64,000 nucleotides of DNA from an uncultured Actinomycetota bacterium (GCA_963843955.1 CAWJMK010000018.1:648445-712444), one strand, 5' to 3'; shown: positions 36,764-47,005, counted from the first letter of the stretch. Translations and numbers: made by a program. The notes: generated by a model from the letters alone, not told the origin.

Positions 36764-36960
36764 GTTGAGTCCCTTCGCTCGATGCTCACCCGTACCTACC
36801 GGCGACACCGGCTCAACTCATCGCGCTTGGCGCAACTCCTCGATGGAGATCTGCGCAGCTGTAACCACCGCCAGCCCGGTTCGTGACGCTCATGGCCGCT
36901 GGGAACGGCGTCCTGTCTAGAAGGCGCGCATAGCGGCGTTTTTGGCACGCGAGTGGCCTC

Positions 36961-37400
36961 TTACCGCCTGGGTCGCAGTTCGTGGGGCACATTCGGCCGG
37001 GTAACGGTGATAACCCGCAGAAGATTGTCCAGGCCAGTGAAGTCATCGTCGTACATGTCTTGGTCACTATTGCGGCGGACCTCGTGCGCGCGAGCGGAGA
37101 GCTCCGCCAGCGTGATGGCGCTGATCGCCATCTCATCGGGCAACTGGCCGGGATCAATCCACCTGCGCAAGATCATGATGTTCGTGTCGAGGATGCCCTG
37201 CCGGGCAAGGTCACCGCTCATAGGGGCTGGCAGTCTCGTGGTCAGCAGCGGCGTCCTGATCCGACCTGAACGCCTCCAGGGCACCGTCAGGAGCATCGCG
37301 CGACATCGCCAGGAACTCCTCCCGCGGGACAAACCGGCGGCGTCGCCGCAGGGGGATCAGCCAGCGGAGGACCGACCCTGGCCGTTGCGCTGAACCTCGA
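36961..37400 (-). pseudogene. Degraded vapBC module (truncated PIN toxin plus 5'-truncated, frameshifted antitoxin)
   Basis: GILDTNIMILRRWIDPGQLPDEMAISAITLAELS is only about 85 aa of PIN. Upstream is LIPLRRRRRFVPREEFLAM..., an antitoxin C-terminal fragment abutting the TetR gene end. Confidence 0.45.
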
Positions 37401-37434
37401 GCACAGATTCGCGTCGGCGACCCAGGCTGCCTTC

Positions 37435-38043
37435 CTAGCGGAGGCGCAGTCCGGCGATGACCAGTCCGACCATGCGCCGTGCGTCATAGCGGGGGTTATT
37501 GTCCGCGCCGATACAGAGGTTGCCGACGCCGAGCATCAGCTCGAAGGCGTCGGTACCAGCGCGAATCTCGCCCGCCGCGGCAGCGGCGTCGAGTAGCTGG
37601 CCGCACACGGGGACAAGTCGGTCGAGGAAGTAGGCGTGCAGAGTCTCGAAGGCGGCGGCGTCGGACTGCAGCGCCTCGGCGAGCCCGTGCTTGGTGACCA
37701 GGAAGTCGACGAACAGGTTGATCCACTGCGCCAGCGCGGCGTGCGGCGTGCTGCTGTTCGCCAGCAGCGCCGGGCCAGCCTCAGCGCACGCCTCTACCTG
37801 GTGCCGGTAGACGGCGACGATGAGATCGGCACGGGTCGGGAAGTGACGGTAGATCGTGCCGATGCCAACGCCAGCCTTGGCGGCGATATCGCGCACGGGC
37901 ACATCGACGCCTGAGGTAACAAAAGCCGCGGCAGCCGCGTCGAGCACAGCCTCCTCGTTACGTCGGGCGTCGGCCCGCTTCCGCGGGGCTGGCGGCCCTG
38001 TCCCGCCGTCAATGCGGACCACTGCGCCGCTACCTCCCCTCAC
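37435..38043 (-). CDS. TetR-family transcriptional regulator
   Basis: RRNEEAVLDAAAAAFVTSGVDVPVRDIAAKAGVGIGTIYRHFPTRADL. Confidence 0.9.
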   Translation of the reverse strand: MRGGSGAVVRIDGGTGPPAPRKRADARRNEEAVLDAAAAAFVTSGVDVPVRDIAAKAGVGIGTIYRHFPTRADLIVAVYRHQVEACAEAGPALLANSSTPHAALAQWINLFVDFLVTKHGLAEALQSDAAAFETLHAYFLDRLVPVCGQLLDAAAAAGEIRAGTDAFELMLGVGNLCIGADNNPRYDARRMVGLVIAGLRLR

Positions 38044-38057
38044 CGCAACTTGGCAAG

Positions 38058-38072
38058 CGGAACCATGTTCCG
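38058..38072. promoter_or_regulatory. Palindrome CGGAAC-cat-GTTCCG between the TetR and aldo/keto reductase genes
   Basis: Read directly. A further CCGGAAC half-site lies 20 nt downstream. Confidence 0.35.
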
Positions 38073-38179
38073 TATATTGGATACCGGAACGAGGATCCGC
38101 TTATCCAGGATGCCAGACCCGGCGAGCCAATCCAAACCCCGCGCCCGCAGACTCACGTGACCTCGCAAGGAGGACCGTC

Positions 38180-39199
38180 ATGCAGTACCGCACCTTGGGC
38201 CTGACCGGTGTTCAGGTCAGCACTCTCGTGCTCGGGGCGATGAACTTCGGCAGTCTGGGACGTACCAGCGAGGACGAGGTCACCGCCATGGTCGACGCCG
38301 CCCTGGAGGGCGGTATCAATGTCATCGACACCGCCGACATGTACAGCCGCGGCGAGTCAGAAGAGATGGTCGGCAAGGCCATCGCCGGCCGCCGCGACGA
38401 CATTGTGCTGGCCACGAAGGCAGGCCTGCCAATGGGCGACGAACGCAACCATCGTGGCAGTTCGCGCCGCTGGCTGGTCACCGAGCTGGACGACAGCCTG
38501 CGCCGTCTGGCCGTCGGCTATATCGATCTCTACCAGATCCACCGGTGGGACCCGAGCACCAGCGACGACGAGACGCTCTCAGCGTTGACCGACCTGCAGC
38601 GCGCGGGAAAGATTCGCTACTTCGGCTCCTCGACGTTCCCCGCCTACCGCATCGTCCAGGCCGAGTGGGCAGCCCGGGCGAACAACCTGAGCCGATACGT
38701 CACCGAACAGCCCAGCTACTCGATCCTGCAACGCGGGATCGAGACCCACGTCCTGCCCGTGACCGAGCAGTACGGACTTGGCGTGCTGGCGTGGAGCCCG
38801 TTGGCGTCAGGCTGGCTATCTGGAGCGATCCGCGCGGGCCAGGAAATCACCACCAGCCGTTCGGCACTCATGCCGCAACGCTTCGACATCGCCAGCCCCG
38901 CCAACCGCGCGAGGCTCGACGCCGTCGAGCAGCTGGCTAAGGTCGCCGACCAGGCCGGCCTCACGATGATCCAGCTCGCGCTCGGATTCGTCACCGCGCA
39001 TCCGGCCGTGACCAGCGCGATCGTCGGTCCCCGCACCCTGGACCACCTACGCTCTCAGCTCGCCGCTGCGGACACCGTGCTGTCCGCCGACGTGCTCGAC
39101 GCGATCGACGCGATCGTCGCTCCGGGTGTCGACCTCGCCGCACACGAGAAACTCGACACACCGCCCGCCCTGCTTGACGCAGCAAAGCGACGTCGCTGA
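38180..39199 (+). CDS. Aldo/keto reductase
   Basis: MQYRTLGLTGVQVSTLVLGAMNFG...INVIDTADMYSRGESEEMVG...IDLYQIHRWD. RBS AAGGAGG. Confidence 0.9.
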   Translation: MQYRTLGLTGVQVSTLVLGAMNFGSLGRTSEDEVTAMVDAALEGGINVIDTADMYSRGESEEMVGKAIAGRRDDIVLATKAGLPMGDERNHRGSSRRWLVTELDDSLRRLAVGYIDLYQIHRWDPSTSDDETLSALTDLQRAGKIRYFGSSTFPAYRIVQAEWAARANNLSRYVTEQPSYSILQRGIETHVLPVTEQYGLGVLAWSPLASGWLSGAIRAGQEITTSRSALMPQRFDIASPANRARLDAVEQLAKVADQAGLTMIQLALGFVTAHPAVTSAIVGPRTLDHLRSQLAAADTVLSADVLDAIDAIVAPGVDLAAHEKLDTPPALLDAAKRRR

Positions 39200-39235
39200 T
39201 CGCTCGTCCCGCCCGTACTGAAAGGACCAGCCTCC

Positions 39236-40156
39236 ATGCCGCAGATATCCCGGCCCCGTTTCGGGATCATGACCGCTCCTATGCACGTCGACTACCAGGA
39301 CATCCTGCGAGTCTGGCGCGAAGCGGACTCGATCCCGGCGATCGAACATGCGTGGCTGTTCGATCACCTCATGCCGATTGGCGGCGACGTGAGCGGCTCG
39401 GTCTACGAAGGCTGGACGCTGCTGTCGGCTCTCGCCGGGCAGACCGAGCGGTTGCGCCTCGGCCTGCTCGTGACCAGCAACCGCTTCCGGCCGCCCGCGA
39501 TGCTGGCCAAGATCGCCGCGACAGTCGACGTCGTCTCCGGCGGACGCCTTGACTTCGGTATTGGCGCCGGCTCGCGGCCGAGCCACCCTCAGGCCCGGCG
39601 CGAATATGACGCAAACGGCCTGCCGTACCACGACTTCGGCCATTCCCTGGGGAGCCTGGCCGAAGCGTGCACGGTCATCCGGCGGTTGTGGACCGAGACG
39701 GAACCATTCGACTTCGAGGGCGACTACGTCCAGCTCACCGGGGCGTTCGGCAACCCAAAGCCCGTCCAGCGCCCGCATCCGCCGATCGTCATTGGCGGAC
39801 GCTCGGCTCCGCTGCTGCGCGTGGTTGCTGAGCACGCCGACGTGTGGAACATCCCCGGCGGCGACATCGAGGACGCCGTGGGCCGCAGCGCGCTGCTGGA
39901 CCGCTACTGCGCCGAGATCGGTCGCGACCCGGCCCTGATCACTCGCTCGATGCACCTGCCAGTCTCCTACGACCAGCCCAGCGTGACCCGGGACGCGATC
40001 GGCGCAGCGATCAACGCCGGCTTCCAGCACATCGTCCTCGGACTGCCACCGCCCTACCCCGCCAACGTCGCACAGTGGGTCACTGACGAGTTCATCACAA
40101 CCTCGGGCCAGTACTCCAGCCGTGGGCACGGCCCCAGGTCCCGCCTCGTCACATGA
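39236..40156 (+). CDS. LLM-class F420-dependent oxidoreductase
   Basis: RFGIMTAP...WLFDHLMP...VVSGGRLDFGIGAG...PPIVIGG. Confidence 0.85.
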   Translation: MPQISRPRFGIMTAPMHVDYQDILRVWREADSIPAIEHAWLFDHLMPIGGDVSGSVYEGWTLLSALAGQTERLRLGLLVTSNRFRPPAMLAKIAATVDVVSGGRLDFGIGAGSRPSHPQARREYDANGLPYHDFGHSLGSLAEACTVIRRLWTETEPFDFEGDYVQLTGAFGNPKPVQRPHPPIVIGGRSAPLLRVVAEHADVWNIPGGDIEDAVGRSALLDRYCAEIGRDPALITRSMHLPVSYDQPSVTRDAIGAAINAGFQHIVLGLPPPYPANVAQWVTDEFITTSGQYSSRGHGPRSRLVT

Positions 40157-40307
40157 GTAGCGCGACTTCAGGTCGGGCGGCAGGGCCGCCGACCGCGCTC
40201 GTAGGCTGATCGAGGGGAGCCCGCGGGAGCGATGATGGCAGGCCCAGCCTCACGCAGGCTCGACCTGGGCTGACGGTAGAACGCCGGACAGACGGGGGTG
40301 ACGGCGG

Positions 40308-41849
40308 GTGCAGGCGGCTGCCTACACTGACGTACTCATCATCGGCGCGGGCCCATCCGGGCTGCTCGCGGCCATCGAACTGGCCCGGCACGGCGTCAAG
40401 GCGCGCGTCATTGAGCGCGAGCAGGCCGCCCCGCACCAGGCCCGCGCGACGGCACTCCAGCCGGGAACGCTGGAAATTCTCGCCCAGGCCGGTGTCGTGG
40501 ACAAGGTCCTCGGCGACTCGGTCCACCTGCGATACGCCCGGCTCTTCGACGCTGACCTGCAGCCCACAGCAGAGACCGACTTCACGACCGCGGGCGCGGG
40601 CTGCCCATGGGAATTCCAGTGCAGCCTGCCGCAGTGGCGGACCGAGCAGATCCTGACTGACCGGATGACCGAACTCGGCGGCACCATCGAGCGCGGCGTC
40701 GAGGCCGTTTCCCTGGGCGAGCTGAACGACGGCGTCCTCATCGACCTGAAGCACGTCGACCCCAAGCACGGGGACGGGACACCGGAGACGACGCATGCTC
40801 GCTGGGTCGTCGGCGCGGGCGGCGCCCACAGCGTGACCCGCGAGTCCATGACCGAGGTCCTCGCCGGGGAAACCTATCCGGGGACGGCGCTGGTCGCCGA
40901 TGTGACCGTCTCCTGTGGCCTGCCACGGGACGGCTCGGCGCTGGTCGCCACGCCAGCCGGCTATGTCCTCCTCGCCCCGCTCCCGAACGAGCGCTGGCTC
41001 ACCTTCATCGGGGATCTCGACGACGATGAAGTCGAGCGCTTGACGAGCGACACCTCGCCCACGGCGGTCGCCACCGCCCTGGCCCGGCGGATCCCACGCC
41101 ACCTTGTCGAGCTGTCCGGCGTCGGCTGGGCCGCAGTATTCCGCATGCACAAGCGGCTGACGCCGCACCTGGCCGACGGTCGGCGCTTCCTGCTCGGCGA
41201 CGCGGGTCACCTGTCGAGCCCGTTCGGCGGCGAAGGCCTGAACTCCGGCCTGCACGACGCCCACAACCTGGCCTGGAAGCTAGCACTCGAGGTCCAGGGC
41301 CGGGGCCGCCCCGGTCTGACCGACACGTTCGCGGTCGAGCGCGGCGCCGCTGCGCTCCATGTCCTGGCCGTTTCCGACCAGCTGCATGAGCTGGTGCAGG
41401 CTGCCGTGAAGTCAGCCCGGGAGGCCCCGCCACCGTCGCCGGCCGCCTCGCATCCAAAAGCGCAGACCGCGGCCCTGGTGCGCGCTCGCGGCATGCTCGA
41501 CGGCTCCTACGCAGGCAGCCCGCTGACGAGCAGCTACCCGCCCGCGGGCGATCAGGCGCTGCCGAGCAGGTCCGACGACCCCGTTCCCGCTCCGGGGGAG
41601 CGCTATCCGCAGCGGGTGGCGCTCGGCGGCACTCGTCACCACCTGCTGGTGTCCGGCCGGCCCGGCGGGCCGGGGCTAGACCACCTGCGCAGCAGGTGGG
41701 CGGGGCTGCTGGACGTTCATGCTTACGACGGGAACGGGGCCGTCCTCGTGCGCCCCGACGGCTACCTCGGGTTCCGCGCCGCGTCGGCTGATGCCGCCGG
41801 GCTGGCCGCCCTCGACGCGCACCTCGGCTCTTACCTGATCCCGAGCTGA
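40308..41849 (+). CDS. FAD-binding aromatic-ring monooxygenase (PheA/TfdB-like)
   Basis: DVLIIGAGPSGLLAAIELARHGV...GADGAHS-like VVGAGGAHSVTR...LLGDAGHLSSPFGGEGLNSGLHDAHNLAWK. Confidence 0.85.
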   Translation: MQAAAYTDVLIIGAGPSGLLAAIELARHGVKARVIEREQAAPHQARATALQPGTLEILAQAGVVDKVLGDSVHLRYARLFDADLQPTAETDFTTAGAGCPWEFQCSLPQWRTEQILTDRMTELGGTIERGVEAVSLGELNDGVLIDLKHVDPKHGDGTPETTHARWVVGAGGAHSVTRESMTEVLAGETYPGTALVADVTVSCGLPRDGSALVATPAGYVLLAPLPNERWLTFIGDLDDDEVERLTSDTSPTAVATALARRIPRHLVELSGVGWAAVFRMHKRLTPHLADGRRFLLGDAGHLSSPFGGEGLNSGLHDAHNLAWKLALEVQGRGRPGLTDTFAVERGAAALHVLAVSDQLHELVQAAVKSAREAPPPSPAASHPKAQTAALVRARGMLDGSYAGSPLTSSYPPAGDQALPSRSDDPVPAPGERYPQRVALGGTRHHLLVSGRPGGPGLDHLRSRWAGLLDVHAYDGNGAVLVRPDGYLGFRAASADAAGLAALDAHLGSYLIPS

Positions 41850-41896
41850 CCCATCCCGGCCCGCGGCCAGTCCGGCGCGCGTCAGCCCGGCACGCG

Positions 41897-42955
41897 TCAG
41901 CTCGGCAGCCACTCCACGTAGAAAATGCCCAGCCCCAGCGCGATGCACAGCCCGGCGATGAGCCAGAAGCGGATCACGATCGTCGTCTCCGCCCAGCCGA
42001 TCAGCTCGAAATGGTGCTGGAGTGGCGCCATCCGGAATACCCGGCGGCGGGTCATCTTGAAGAACCCCACCTGGATAATCACCGAGGCCGTGATGATCCA
42101 GAACAGCCCCCCGAGCACGACCAGGAGCAGCGCCGTCTTCGTGGTCACCGCGAGGCCCGCGAGCACGCCGCCGATCGCGAGCGACCCCGTGTCGCCCATG
42201 AAGATCCGGGCCGGAGGCGCGTTCCACCACAGGAAGCCCAGGCAGCCGCCGAGCGCCGCCGCGGCCACAACCGCGAGGTCGAGCGGGCTGGCGATCGAGT
42301 AGCAGTGCGGGGTGATCGGCCCGCTAATGCAGTCGTTGCGCAGCTGCCAGTTGGCGATGAGGACGTAGGACGCCAGCACCAGCACGGCCGAGCCGGCGGC
42401 GAGCCCATCCAGGCCGTCGGTCAGGTTGACCCCGTTAGCAGCCGCCGCGATCAGCAGCACGATCCAGATCACGAAGGGCAGTACGGCGAGGGCAGGCCCG
42501 AAGTCGCGCAGCAGCGAGATCCGCGCGTCGGCGGGGGTGAGGTCGTACTGGTCGGGGAAATGCAGCACCAGCACTGCGAACACCGCGCTGACCACGACCT
42601 GGCCCGTCAGCTTGGCCCCGCTGCGCAAACCCAGGCTGCGCTGCTTGTAGATCTTGATGAAGTCGTCGACGAAGCCGACGAGCCCGAGGGCGGCCATGAG
42701 CCCGAGCACCAGCAGGCCCGACGCTGACGGCGGGTCGTCGGTGAGCAGGTGGCCGCCGAAGTACCCGAGCACCGCGGCGATGACGATGACCGTGCCGCCC
42801 ATCGTGGGCGTGCCGCGCTTGGTGTGGTGCGCTTCGGGGCCGTCGTCGCGGATCAGCTGACCGTAACCGTGCCGCCGGAAGATCCGGATCGCCACCGGCG
42901 TGCCGAATAGCGACACCAGCAGCGCGATGCTCGACGCCAGCAGGATCGTCTTCAC
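41897..42955 (-). CDS. mraY: Phospho-N-acetylmuramoyl-pentapeptide transferase paralogue, outside any dcw cluster
   Basis: [25 protein letters not shown]...[13 protein letters not shown]...[12 protein letters not shown]...[11 protein letters not shown] start at 42955 preferred. Confidence 0.85.
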   Translation of the reverse strand: MKTILLASSIALLVSLFGTPVAIRIFRRHGYGQLIRDDGPEAHHTKRGTPTMGGTVIVIAAVLGYFGGHLLTDDPPSASGLLVLGLMAALGLVGFVDDFIKIYKQRSLGLRSGAKLTGQVVVSAVFAVLVLHFPDQYDLTPADARISLLRDFGPALAVLPFVIWIVLLIAAAANGVNLTDGLDGLAAGSAVLVLASYVLIANWQLRNDCISGPITPHCYSIASPLDLAVVAAAALGGCLGFLWWNAPPARIFMGDTGSLAIGGVLAGLAVTTKTALLLVVLGGLFWIITASVIIQVGFFKMTRRRVFRMAPLQHHFELIGWAETTIVIRFWLIAGLCIALGLGIFYVEWLPS

Positions 42956-43135
42956 GCGCGGACCCCGCGAGGCTCGCTGAGACCGCGCATGGCGACGGCT
43001 AGATCCCATGGCGGCAGCACTCGTACATCATGCCGTCTGTTATCCAGTGCCGGTGCCGCGCGGCTGGGATCGGGCGATTCAGCCGGTCAAGGTGTCCGTT
43101 CTGGTCAAGACGGCCCCTCGCCACCGCCATAGCCT

Positions 43136-44026
43136 TTGGTTATGGATGACGTATTCGCAGCGGGAGACCGCTTCTTGCTCAACCAGGCGCGGCTGCTGGA
43201 GCGGCGACTGTTTGCCACGCTGTTCCTCGGCCAGCCCGGCGACCACGTGATCGACGCCTTGCGCGGCTACCAGAACGACGACGGCGGCTTCGGCCACGCG
43301 CTGGAGCCCGATGTGCGCTGCCCGGCCAGCCTGCCCATCTACGTCGAGGTCGCATTCCAGGCGATAGTGGCGGCTGGCGCGTCCGACGAAACCATGATCA
43401 CCCAGGCGTGCGACTACCTCGCCACGACCGCCGCGAACGCGGACGCCGGCGGAGCGGTACCGCCGGCGTTCCCGGTCATTGAGGGGTTCCCGCGGGCGGC
43501 GCACTGGACCGAGTGGACCTATGCGCCCGGCCTCAACCCGACGGCCGGGCTGGTCGGGCTGCTCTACCAGCTTGGCATCGACCATCCGTGGCGGTCGGAG
43601 GGCACCGAGTACTGCTGGCGGCAGCTTGAGACCGGCGGCCCGCCAGCCGACGCGCACACGCTGTCCGAGGTGCTGATCTTCCTGGCGCAGGTGCCCGACC
43701 GGGACCGGGCTGACCGGCAGGCGCGCACGCTGGCCGCGCACTTCGCGGACGTGAGCATGCTGAAGCTCGATCCGGACGCCGAGGGGTACGGCCTTACGCC
43801 GCTGCACCTGGCGCCCGAGCCCGGCTCGCGGTGGCGGACGCTGTTCACCGACGCCCAGATATCCGGCCACCTGGACCGCCTGCTGGCGGACCAGCGGGAG
43901 GACGGCGGCTGGCCGGTGACCTGGGAACCGCCCAGCCAGGCCGCCACCCTGGAGTGGCGCGGCGTCGTCACCCTGCAAGCACTGCGCACGCTGACGGCGT
44001 ACGGCCGCATCAGCGCTAGCGGATAA
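43136..44026 (+). CDS. Prenyltransferase/terpene-cyclase-fold (alpha-alpha toroid) repeat protein
   Basis: ALRGYQNDDGGFGHALEPD...QREDGGWPVTWEPPSQAATLEWRG, QxxDGGW-type repeats. Confidence 0.5.
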   Translation: MVMDDVFAAGDRFLLNQARLLERRLFATLFLGQPGDHVIDALRGYQNDDGGFGHALEPDVRCPASLPIYVEVAFQAIVAAGASDETMITQACDYLATTAANADAGGAVPPAFPVIEGFPRAAHWTEWTYAPGLNPTAGLVGLLYQLGIDHPWRSEGTEYCWRQLETGGPPADAHTLSEVLIFLAQVPDRDRADRQARTLAAHFADVSMLKLDPDAEGYGLTPLHLAPEPGSRWRTLFTDAQISGHLDRLLADQREDGGWPVTWEPPSQAATLEWRGVVTLQALRTLTAYGRISASG

Positions 44027-44153
44027 CCATCTGGGCGGAACCTTCTGTTCACCTTCTAGCTACATATTAGTCATATCCCTGTTTGTCATGCTTCTTAGTT
44101 GCCTGTGATAGTGCCCGTGGCACAGGCACCCTCTCAGCAAGCGGTCGCCGGCC

Positions 44154-45614
44154 ATGGCGAACAGGAGAAACATGAAGAGCAGAGCTCGGACACGGCTCAG
44201 ACTCGCAGGACTCGCCACGGCGAGCCTGACCGCCCTCGGACTCGCGCTGGTCCCGGCTCTCTCGGCGTCCGCGCAGAGCGCTTCGTCCGGCGGGCTGCCC
44301 GTGCCGCCCGGCGCGATCCAGCACATCATCGTCATCGAGCTCGAAAACGAGAGCTTCGCCTCGACGTTCGGCGCGTCGTCGCAGGCCACGTACCTCAACG
44401 ACACGCTCGTCCCGCAGGGCGAGCTGATCAAGAGCTACTACGGGGTCGGACACGTGAGCCTGGATAACTACATCGCCCAGGTTTCGGGCCAGGCGCCCAA
44501 CCTAGTCACGAACAGCGACTGCGCAGGCGGCTACAACGACGTCACGCCGGGCACCCTTGACGCCAACCAGGCCCTGTACCCCGGCCAGGTCGACGGCCAG
44601 GGCTGTGTCTTCCCCAGCAGCGTGCAGACGATCGGCAATCAGCTCGACCGCGCCTACCCGCTCAGCATCCTCAGCGACTGGCGGCAGTATTCCGAGGACA
44701 TGGGCAACGACCCGGCCAGGGATGGCGGCCAGGCAGATCCCCTGGGCGGCACCGACTGCGCACACCCGACCCAGACCAGCGGCGTCGCCACCGACGACAC
44801 CAACAACGCCGAGGGCCCGAACGCCACTGGCTCGCAGGTGAAGTCCACGATCACCGACCAGTACGCGAACCGGCACAACCCGTTCGTCTGGTTCCACTCG
44901 GTGACCGATAACACCTGGCTGTGTGATCACGACGTCGTTCCCCTTGGCTCGGCAGCAACGCAGTCCGACGGGACGGTCAGCTACCAGGGTCACCTGGCGC
45001 AGGACCTCAAGCACGCGTGGACCACGCCCAGGTTCGCCTTCATCACGCCGAACCTGTGCGATGACGGCCACGACAACCCCTGCGCCGGCACCAACGACGC
45101 AGGCGGGACCGCCGGCGGCTTGGTCGGCGCCGATGACTTCCTGCGGACGTGGATGCCGCTGATTCTGCACTCGCCGGCCTACCGCAGCGGCCACACCCTC
45201 GTCATGATCACCTTCGACGAGGGCGGCGTGGGGGACACCGCCGCTGGCGACAACGAGCAGCCAGGCCCGAACAACGACAACCCCGGCTACTCACCGCTGC
45301 TGAACACCCCGATCCCGGCCTTCCACAACATGACCTATTACCAGGTGCTCGGAGTCACGGGCCTGACGCCGAACGTGGAGCCGCCGGCTGGCACCATGCC
45401 CGGTGGCGGCCAGGTCGGCGCGGTGCTGCTCAACCCGGACTGGATCCAGGCCGGCAGCACGGAGGACACGGTGACCTACAACCACTACTCGGCGCTGCGC
45501 ACCTTCGAGGACCTGCTGGGCATCAGGTTCGGCGGCGCGGACGGGCACGGTCACCTGGGCTTCGCGGCCACCGCGACCGACTTCGGCTCGGACGTGTTCA
45601 ACGCTCACCCGTAG
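44154..45614 (+). CDS. Secreted phosphoesterase-family protein (PLC/acid-phosphatase type)
   Basis: Signal peptide ending ALSASAQSA. IQHIIVIELENESFASTFG...SLDNYIAQVSGQ...NLCDDGHD...ITFDEGG. Confidence 0.8.
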   Translation: MANRRNMKSRARTRLRLAGLATASLTALGLALVPALSASAQSASSGGLPVPPGAIQHIIVIELENESFASTFGASSQATYLNDTLVPQGELIKSYYGVGHVSLDNYIAQVSGQAPNLVTNSDCAGGYNDVTPGTLDANQALYPGQVDGQGCVFPSSVQTIGNQLDRAYPLSILSDWRQYSEDMGNDPARDGGQADPLGGTDCAHPTQTSGVATDDTNNAEGPNATGSQVKSTITDQYANRHNPFVWFHSVTDNTWLCDHDVVPLGSAATQSDGTVSYQGHLAQDLKHAWTTPRFAFITPNLCDDGHDNPCAGTNDAGGTAGGLVGADDFLRTWMPLILHSPAYRSGHTLVMITFDEGGVGDTAAGDNEQPGPNNDNPGYSPLLNTPIPAFHNMTYYQVLGVTGLTPNVEPPAGTMPGGGQVGAVLLNPDWIQAGSTEDTVTYNHYSALRTFEDLLGIRFGGADGHGHLGFAATATDFGSDVFNAHP

Positions 45615-45690
45615 CCCTGCGGTAGTCCGCAGAAGTTGATCTTCATGGGTGCCGAGTTGCTGGGCCTAGAGCACCAGTAATTCGGCACCC

Positions 45691-46647
45691 ATGAGACGCC
45701 GCCCGCACGGCAGGTCAGAAACGCCGTCGCGATCCGTCCGGCCGGGCCAGTACCCTCCCGCTGTGACCGTCTGCGGTGGCGAAGACTTCCCGGTGCCCGA
45801 ACTCCTGGCGCAGCGCGTCGCCGATGACCCCGGGCGGCGCGACTGGCTGGCTCGGCTGCCAGGTTTCGTTGCCGAGATCGCGGAGCGCTGGGAGCTGGAC
45901 CTCGGCGAGCCGTTCCAGCCCGGCGGCCAGTGTGCGTGGGTGGCGCCGGCTCGCGCCGCCAGCGGCGAGCGGCTCGTTCTCAAGATCGGGTGGGTGCATC
46001 CCGAGGCGAGGTGCGAAGCGGACGGCCTGCGCTTCTGGGCCGGGAACGGGGCCGTCTTCCTGCATGCCGCCGAACAGCACGGTGACACCGACGCGCTACT
46101 CCTTGAGCGGTGCGAGCCAGGGACTCAGCTCGCCGACCTGCCCGAGCCAGACCAGGACCGCGTGTTCTGCGGCATACTGGCGCGGCTTTGGCGCGAGCCG
46201 CCAGCCGGGCACCAGTTCCCGCTGCTGACGGACATGTGCCGGGAGTGGGCGGACACGTTCGAGGTCGAGGACGCCGCCGACCCGGTACCGCTGGATCCGG
46301 GCATCGTGCGTGCCGGCCTTGAGCTGTTCCGGCAGTTGCCGAAATCCGCCGACCGCGAGCTGCTGCTGGCCACGGACTTGCACGCGCAGAACATCCTGGC
46401 AGCTCAGCGCGAGCCCTGGCTGGCCATCGACCCGAAGCCGCACGTGGGCGACCCCACCTACGACGTGCTCCAGTACCTGATCAACAGCGAACGGCTGATC
46501 GCCGACCCGGTGGGCCTGGCCCGGCGGCTGGCCGAGACGGTGGCCCTCGATGCGGACCGGCTGCTGCTCTGGCTGTTCGCGCGGTGCGTCCAGGAGGTAC
46601 GCGACCGCCCGCAGCTCGCAGGCGTCGCCGTACGCCTAGCCCCGTAG
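45691..46647 (+). CDS. Aminoglycoside phosphotransferase, APH(6)/streptomycin-6-kinase-like
   Basis: RDWLARLPGFVAEIAERWEL...VLKIGW...LLLERCEPG...LLATDLHAQNIL...AIDPKPHVGDPTYD. The true start may be GTG 45763. Confidence 0.75.
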   Translation: MRRRPHGRSETPSRSVRPGQYPPAVTVCGGEDFPVPELLAQRVADDPGRRDWLARLPGFVAEIAERWELDLGEPFQPGGQCAWVAPARAASGERLVLKIGWVHPEARCEADGLRFWAGNGAVFLHAAEQHGDTDALLLERCEPGTQLADLPEPDQDRVFCGILARLWREPPAGHQFPLLTDMCREWADTFEVEDAADPVPLDPGIVRAGLELFRQLPKSADRELLLATDLHAQNILAAQREPWLAIDPKPHVGDPTYDVLQYLINSERLIADPVGLARRLAETVALDADRLLLWLFARCVQEVRDRPQLAGVAVRLAP

Positions 46648-46651
46648 CACG

Positions 46652-47005
46652 CTAGCCCGGCACGGTGAGGTTGGCCGCCGCACGCTCCGCCAGCGCGTCG
46701 AGGACCGGGAGCTGCAGCGCCGGCACCGCGACGTCCAGCACCAGGCTGCCAGCGCCGGCTGTCAGCGTGAACGTGAAGAACGAGCAGCACAACGTCTCCG
46801 CGGCGGCCAGTTCGGCGACCCGGCCCGCGACCACCGGGCCTGGCTCGAGCTCAAGCCGCAGCCGAGTCGGTTCCGGCCGGTCGATGCGCCGCACGGTCTC
46901 AGCGAACATCGCGCTGAATTCGGCTGCCCGTGCCTGCCGCCCGGCAGGCGACAGCGTGCACTCCTCCGGCGCCAGCGACTGATCGGCATTCGTGTTCATG
47001 GTCAT
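46652..47005 (-). CDS. Conserved hypothetical protein (CCSFFxF motif)
   Basis: ECTLSPAG...RLRLELEPGP...ETLCCSFFTFTL. Family not named. Confidence 0.45.
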   Translation of the reverse strand: MTMNTNADQSLAPEECTLSPAGRQARAAEFSAMFAETVRRIDRPEPTRLRLELEPGPVVAGRVAELAAAETLCCSFFTFTLTAGAGSLVLDVAVPALQLPVLDALAERAAANLTVPG

